This document shows positions 56,399-64,000 of a stretch of 64,000 nt of DNA, in pieces. Numbering within the stretch: position 1 is the first letter of the stretch; each line of letters opens with the position of its first letter. Under the pieces are notes generated by a model. The model was given only the letters and a program-made list of their open reading frames with translations. It did no database searches and was not told where the DNA came from. Origin of the DNA: the human T2T-CHM13v2.0 reference genome, Homo sapiens. Position numbers and translations under genes: made by a program. Location of the stretch: NCBI RefSeq assembly GCF_009914755.1, contig NC_060927.1, one strand, 5' to 3'.

Positions 56399-59300
56399 TC
56401 TAATTTATTAAAATAATTTATGCAAACAAATTCTCACTTGACAAGAAGCTAATATGTAAATTGCTATCACCCAAAGTATGAGCTATTTCAAATATTAAAA
56501 AGCAACATGATGGTTTTCAGTAGAGAGCTTTTCTAAAGGATCCTTAAAAATTTCACTCCAGCCTTCCAGTCCCAAATGGGATATTTCCCATGTCCACATG
56601 TTCACTTGCTAGAGAGGTTGCTCATTCGCTCGCTCATTCATTCACTCACCCAGCAAGTGTTTACTGTGTACCTGCTATGCCAGGCACCAGGCTGGGGATT
56701 CTTTTCAATGGCGAGTGAACCAGACCATGGGGCTTACCATGGGGTAGAAAGATGGAAAATAAACAAGCAACATAAGTATAGTGAGAGGGAGCACAGGGCT
56801 GGGAGAGGGAAGCATTGAGGGCAGGTAACCTCCTCAGAGAGGTCAGGGATGGCCTCTGTGATGGGAAGGATGGGATGGGGCCAGCGAGTGGCACATGTGA
56901 AGTCTCAAGTGGGAAGGACTTGGTGAACTTGTGCGGCAAAGTAAAGGCAGTGATTGAGAAAGATGGTGGCATGAGATCAGAAGGGAAGCGGCGGGGGTCA
57001 GGCGTCATCGAATTTTTTCTAAGAGTGTTGGAGAACCACTACAGGTTTTCCAGCAGGGATAGCACGGTCTATTTTCATCCCTGCAAGCTGGCTGTGGCTG
57101 CTTGTTGTGAATGGACTGGTGGGGAGTGGTGGGGCTGTGGCAGGGAGCCCTGTTAGCATAGGACCAGGGAGGAGGTGGCAGGAGAATGGAGAGAGCTGGT
57201 CAGATCAGAGACACCTCTCAGGGTTTCATCCTTGTTCTGCAGGGCCTGGTTCCATATAAGATTTTGAGACCTTGCTGTCCTTTGCCTTTTGAACAGGGGT
57301 GGTTGACCCGGCCTTTGGCCTGGACACTGCCCTCTGCAGACAGCCACCCCTGCCCAGCGGACAGTCAGAGTGTCCCCCCACGCTGCCCCTACACCCTCCC
57401 CAGCTGGCTCCTGTTCCTTGCTTTCCCTACTGCCTGGTTCCTTCTTCTGTCCTTCTCTTGGTGGATGATTTATGGATTTTTCCCCCTCATTTCCTGGTCT
57501 CCAGGAGCAGTGACTGGGAGGGGAGGGTGCTGCAGCAACAATTCTGGTCCCTTCCCCGCCTCCTCCTATTGCCACTTTAAAGGAAGCTGCAGGATTAGCT
57601 GGGATTTTAAGAAGAATCATGCCTTTTCACTGCTTTGGGGCTCTGTTTTTATTCTTTTCAAAGCTCTAGGACACCGAGGCAAGGAAAAAAAAAAAAACCA
57701 CACACACAGACAGACAGACACACTCACACAGAAACAGCTGCAAAGAGCCTTGAATTGATTTTTTTCTTTCCCTTCCTTCATTCACCCACAAGTAGAGGAA
57801 TTGGAGGTGGCACAGGACTCTTAAGCAGATCGTGTTGTCTGGAGGATGGTCATTGCAAGGCCAAGGCCTGAGTGGCACCTTCTTCCCTCCAGGCCCTGCT
57901 CCAAGGCCTTAACTCATTCAGTGCTCACAACAACCCTATGCAGAAGGTGCGAATATCGTCCCCATTTCACAGATGAGAAAACAAATGTGCATGGTGCGTA
58001 AGCCTTAAGATCATGGGGGGATGCTGTCAGAGCCCATCAGGGTCAGGGAGGAGCTGGGAGGGGCCCTTGGCCACTGGGCAGGGGGCAGTTTTTGCAGGTG
58101 AGGGCACCTGCTGCTTACCATGGGGTAAGCCAGCAGGTCTTGGATCTACAGATGGAGGCATTTCTCAGAGGGGCTGCAGGAGGCTCCTCCCCTCCCCCAC
58201 TGCCACCAAGGTGGGCTGGAGCACCAGCGGGGAGAGCCATCAGGAGCCCCACACAGAAAACTTATTCTACAGGAGCACCCTATAAAGTGTTTAATGGCTC
58301 AGTGAGGCATAAAGCAGGAGTAGAGGGGGACTGGGGAAATAAAAGGAAGGGATGTGTGAAAGAGCAGAGGACAGGCCCAGGAAAGGAACTGAGAGCGCTG
58401 TCTCTGGGCCCTCAAGTGGCCTTTGTTGCAGTCTCAAGCAAGAGGAGAGCTGCCTTGGTGGCAGGACTCTCCCAGCGGCCAGGGCCGATGTCTGCATTCA
58501 GAGAGGAAACTAGAACGTTCATGAGATGCATGCAGAATGCCTGGGCGGCCAAACAGGAGAGCCCCTGCCCCGGGGCCCTGAACCCAAGTACACCGAAGCC
58601 GCCATGCCGTTGGGAGCACTTCTCACACCACTGTGGTTTGGGGAGAGCAGTAGATTGTGACTTTAAGTCAAAGGAGTTCAGCATCTTGATTCAGCCCTTT
58701 CTCTGGCCTTGAATGACAGGGCTTCACCTTTAGCGGGAACCCTGGCAGCAAGGAAGCTTGGAAAGGAGGGAAGTTTTGCGACTTGGTAATACCGTCTTTA
58801 TTAAAGCACAAAGGCCCCCCAAAGTCCCAGTGATTGCTGGGTGGGAGGGGGTTCTGTGGCTGGTGGCCTGGAGAAGGCCAGGAGTCCCAGTGGCGGGGGC
58901 TGGCAGTGGTGCTGCAGTTAACCCTTACCAAGCCCCTCCTGGCACTTGGCGCCTGTGCAGCGCTGTCCCCGTGCACATGGGTCTCCCTGGGAAACGGGAA
59001 GCCACCCTCCTGTTTGGCAGGCACCAAATAATCAAAGTGGTTTTGCTCTCAGTGCAGGATGAGGCACAGTGCTTTGGAAAACTAAGCCAGAAACGAGTGG
59101 GGAATTTATTTTGTATCTACTGAATATTAGCTCTGTGCTAGGTGCTATGGGGAACGGTAAAAGAATGATTAGCTCTCAGGAACTGGGGAAATAAGATAAG
59201 ATGAGGCACAGATGGTGGCCAAGGGGAGTGGAATGAGCAGGAGCTGGGAGTCAGGAGCCCTGCCCCGCCACTTGCCAACTGTGTGAGTTAGCGTGGGCCA

Positions 59301-59769
59301 TCCAGGGCTGCTTCACCTCTCTGGGCCGTAGTTTCCCCTTCTGTCAGGGTTAAAGCATGACACGTGCAGTGGCAGTGGAGTGTCGTTACTTGTGAAAGAA
59401 CGAGCCCAGGCTGGGATGATTGAGTCGGGTGAGCCTGGCAGCCAGGGTGGGCTGCAGTGGAGAAAGGTACCCCGAGGCCAGCAAGTCTGGGCAGCTCCAG
59501 GCAGGGGGACCTGTGAGCTGCCTTGGACAGATGTGGCAGGAACAGTGATGAGCAAAAGCTCAAAGGGGCATTTGAGGTAGCAGAGAGAGATGACATGAGC
59601 CTGGGACTGGATGGCTAAGCCGCAGCTGGCATGCTGCAGGGGCACCCCCGCTTGCTGTCACCTGCGGGCAATGGCCCACTCACCCCAGTGCAGTCGGGAT
59701 TGATGTGGAGCTGGGTCCCCTTCCAGAGAACCTGCCAAGGCCACCCCTCCCCTCCATCCCTGTTGCCAC

Positions 59770-60143
59770 CCATGTCAGTTGGCATCCAAGCAGCGGCGCA
59801 AAACCAGTAGGAGATATAGAGGAAGAGCTCGAGTGGAGGAATTGGTGACTGTGGGGACAGACCATCAGAAGGGGCAGGCTGGGACTCTCTACACAGCTGA
59901 AGCTGCTATTCACAGGCAGAACTTCTTCGTCACTGGGGAAGTCTCAGCTCTGCTCTATAGGCCTTTCATCTGAGTGACTGAGGCCCACCCCGGTTATCCC
60001 ACATAATCTCCTGGACATAAAGTCACCTGACCATGGATGTGAATCACATCTATGAAATACCTTCACGGCAACACCTTGATTCATGTTTGATGGATGACTG
60101 AGGACCATAGCCTTAGCCACCTTGCACGTGACAGAGCCAGCAC
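59770..60143. mobile_element. MLT2D-like ERVL LTR
   Basis: GAAGCTGCT…CACAGGCAGAA…AGGCCTTTCA…TGAGGCCCACCC…AATACCTTCACGGCAACACC…CATAGCC. Confidence 0.65.
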
Positions 60144-60401
60144 AGCACCTTCATGCAGGCATGCCCTGCCTCACACCTGGATGGTAGCACCAGTGGGCCA
60201 CCCTACTGTGCACCCTGCCAGGGCCCTGGCTTTCTTGTGTACCGTGGCCAGACTCAGCTTCCTTCTGTACGGCTTTCATTGTGTAGCTCTCCCCTCAGAA
60301 CCCACCAGTAACTCCCCATCACCTGTGGCACTGACACTGATTTTTAAAAATTGTCCAAACAATATTTTTAACAAGCTATTTCTAAGCAAAAGAATAGTCT
60401 T

Positions 60402-60739
<338 letters not shown>

Positions 60740-61196
60740 TCATTGTTTATGTGTTGCCCTCTAATCCTTAACATGTGTAATCAGAGCTAACACTGCTGGA
60801 GGCTTGGCCACAGGCAGGCGTTGTGCTAAGCACCATGCAGCATCCTTTCTGTTAATTTTCCCAGCAGCCTTCCAGGGTCTCATGCTGTTATCCCCCTCCC
60901 GCCTTTTATAAGGCAGAGAGAGACTAAGGAAGCCATTCGAGGTCTCAGAGACAGTAAGTAATAGAGCCAAGACGCGGATGCAGATCTGTCTGGTTCCAGA
61001 GTCCTTGCCTTAATATCACTCCTGAGTCCAGCATTCAAGGTCCTTCTCTGTTTCAGTCCAGTCTTCCTACCTCCTCTAGTGTAGACTTAGTATATTTATA
61101 ACTTTACTGTATGTTTATACACATGTTTGTCCCATTGTAAAATAAGCTCCCGAAGGACAGAGTGCCTGGTGCTGAACCAGGTGCCTAAATAAAAAA

Positions 61197-61385
61197 TGGT
61201 GAATAGGTGAATAGATGGATGGGTGCGTGAGTAGATGTATGGATGGGTGAATGGGTGGGTAAGTCGATGGATGGGTGGGTGAGTAGATGGATGGGTGGAT
61301 GGGTGGGTGAGTAGGTGGGTAGGTAGATAGGTAGGGAATTGGGAGATGGGTAGGGGGGCAGTGAATAGCTATGTGGATGGATAGA
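61197..61385. repeat. Degenerate (TGGA/TGGG/TAGG)n G-rich tetranucleotide repeat
   Basis: Seen directly. It begins right after an L2-like 3' end. Confidence 0.9.
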
Positions 61386-64000
61386 CAGAGGGCTAATCAG
61401 CAAATTCAGTCCTCTAACTTTACTAATGAGGCTGTGATATGCTTGAGAACACACAGGTGACAATTAGCTAAGTAAAATATCTCCTGCTGATACAAGCATC
61501 CTGTGGAGTAGATACTAATCACCCCATTTTACAGATGTGAAAAACTGAGGCTCTAAAGGTTTAAGTAATGGGCTTGAGATCAATTTTTAGTGGCAGAACT
61601 ATGATAATGAATCCAGAGCAACTTTCTGCCTCTAGAATACTGTACAGACCCAGATTCTCCATCCCTTACTTCTTCATCCCTTTTGTTTCTGCCACACCCT
61701 GCTGTCTTCTACTCCTGCAGGAAGCCTTCCCTGACTTCTCCCACCCTCATCCTTCTTGGCTGTCTCCTCACTCCTGCCATAGCTCTTATCAGCAGCAGCA
61801 TCCAGCTGAGCATCCCTGTTTGCCTCTTGTGTCTCTGTCAAGCTTGTGGGTCCAGGGAGATTTCTTACTCCATGAGACAAATATTAAGCCTGTCCTGTGT
61901 ACCATGTCCTGTGCCAGGCACTGCAGGTATCAACTCTAAACAAGATTACAGGCTGGAGTGTGAGTCAGACTAGTAAACAGACAGTTACAAAATCTCCCTG
62001 TGGTAAAGATAAACGTGACCCTGGGGAGCCAGTGGCATTAAGCTGAGGGGTGAAATGTGGATAGTTGTTAATTTCCCGGAAGCAGGAGAAATAGGGGATT
62101 CCAGGGAAAAGAAACCATGTGTACAATGACCAGAAAGCTAACCTCCTTCCCTTTTCCCTCTTTCCTCTCTTCGGTTTCCCTTCCTCTTTGCCTATGTTGA
62201 TTGGGAACCCATTGCATGCCAGGGACTCTTAGAGCATGTATTTTTTTATTCTTAGTGTGAGCCACATGGGATGTGCTATGAGTGGTCACTTGTTGATTGA
62301 TTCCATCAGCCAGCAAGTCTGTGATGCCTGTCATGTGCTAGGACCCATTTGATTGATTGGGGTGAAAATGCTAGCATTTCGTGGCAGTCACTCAACCAAT
62401 TGCTCTTCTCCCTCACCCCTGGCGGTGGCTAAGGGAAGAGCAGAGGGAAAACTTCTCTTGGGGAAGAGGAGTGACAATCGAGAAAGGATTGATAGAAATT
62501 GTGTGTGATTCTGAGTGTGCAGCTCTAGGTGTGAAACCCTTGTCTGATAACCAGGAGCAAATGGAGGGAGACTGCGGGTTGAGAGGGAAGCAGGGAAATG
62601 ATGGGAAGAGCAAGTCCCAAAAGCAGTGGAGTCAGACAGACCCAGGTCCTTCCTGCTGAGCTGAGGCACATCGTTTGCAGAGCACCTGCCACATGCTGGA
62701 CTTTGGCCTGGGCCCTCCACTTTCATGATTTAACTTAACCTTCACAACAGACTGTCAGGCGAGTGTTGGCAAATCCACTTTACAAATGAAGATATTGAGG
62801 CCCAGAGAGGTAAGTGATGTGCACAGGGTCACACAGTTGGTGGAGGAGTCAGGATTTAAACCCAGGTCTACCAAGGTAGAACCCAAAACTGGTGCGTTTC
62901 CCCCTGGTACCCACAGAGTCCTCAACAAGCATTGGCCCTCCCTCCTTGCCTTGGCAAACATTCACCCACCCACCAGACCAAGTGCTTATGATGTGCCGGG
63001 TACCCGTGGTGGGCTGGGTAATTTGAAAATGGATGGGTGGAAGAGAGCAGAGTCCATGGGCTCCACCACCTCTGGAACCAGGCAGGCCCCGGTCTGAATG
63101 GTTGCTCTGTTTCCACGGTGACCTTGGGCACAGGCCTTCTTTTCCTCTGAGCTGTTTCCTCAGCTTTACCTGGGGGCACTGAGAAACCCCCACCTCACGG
63201 GTTGTTATAAGGCTCAAGTGAGGCGATGTGTGGAAATACTCCCCCATGCTTGCATACAGGGAACACCCCAATGTTAGTCTCATCATTATTGCTTGCAGTT
63301 TTTACAAATCCATGCTCCAACTTCAAAGTGCTCTCTATTTAATGGGGAATTAAGATTGGATTCATTCACCTGAAGATAATCAACATGATTCTGGAGTAAG
63401 TGTTGTCAAATCCTGGCACAGTCTGTGTTGGTACCGAGTTTGGATAAGGAGGTTATAGTGGCCCGGGGTGGTCTGGAAAGGCCTCTTGGAAGAGGTGTGA
63501 TTTCAGCATCACTTTGAGCAAGGGGAGGGGCTAGAACTGGACCTCACATTGGAGGAGTGGTGTGGAAAGGGAGAGCCAAGGATGGCTATAGGGGTTGGGA
63601 AGCCATAGGCTGGGCCAGACTTCAGAGTAGGGGAAGCATAATTATCAGAGGAAGGTCCCATGGGCAGTGGGGAGCCATTGATGTTCCTGAGTAGGGGGTG
63701 TGTTTTGGGAAAGTGGAGGTGGCACCAACAGGCCTCACATTGTGCTCTGTGCTGGGTAGCAGCTGTCTTCTTTCCTGTTTGACAACCCCTGATGTGTAAT
63801 GAACTAGAACCCCCAGTGAGAACACTGGAGCAGACGATAATTCACTCGGCTGAAGCCAGAGAAGAGCCTTATCCTGAATCACAATTAAGTTGTGTCATAA
63901 TTGTGATTGGCTCAGTATATTGATAATAATAGTACCAACACCCAGGAAACAAATGCTTACTCTATGCCAGCCTTGGTGCCAGGGCTTTTACAAGCCACTC

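Noticed and set aside
57153-59123. Several 120-206 aa ORFs in intron 5 as a possible exon 6 or nested gene
   Set aside because: None resembles the expected SLC6 TM5 sequence or any known family; exon 6 most likely lies beyond the window.

Overview
Human (hominid) genomic DNA holding about 22.5 kb of upstream sequence and the 5' part of SLC6A11, the Na+/Cl- dependent GABA transporter GAT-3, on the + strand. A TATA-less CpG-island promoter (~22.2-23.1 kb) precedes five coding exons: 22544-22799, 25743-25877, 25990-26130, 29580-29670 and 50498-50630. They have GT-AG boundaries and join into one open frame for residues 1-252. The gene runs off the right end inside intron 5. The rest is mostly interspersed repeats: Alu, L1, L2/MIR, MaLR/ERVL LTRs, hAT MITEs and a fossil Ricksha-like Mutator (MULE) element with readable transposase motifs. 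Most ORF-track entries are chance ORFs or repeat remnants. I found no convincing novel biological system. The best follow-up leads are the nested transposon stack at 5.9-9.7 kb, a perfect 89-bp tandem duplication upstream of the gene, a very young AluY, several cryptic-exon candidates, an in-frame stop in the intron 4 donor, and a SOX/STAT/AP-1 motif cluster in intron 4. Repeat subfamily names come from recalled consensus sequences and were not run through RepeatMasker/Dfam.
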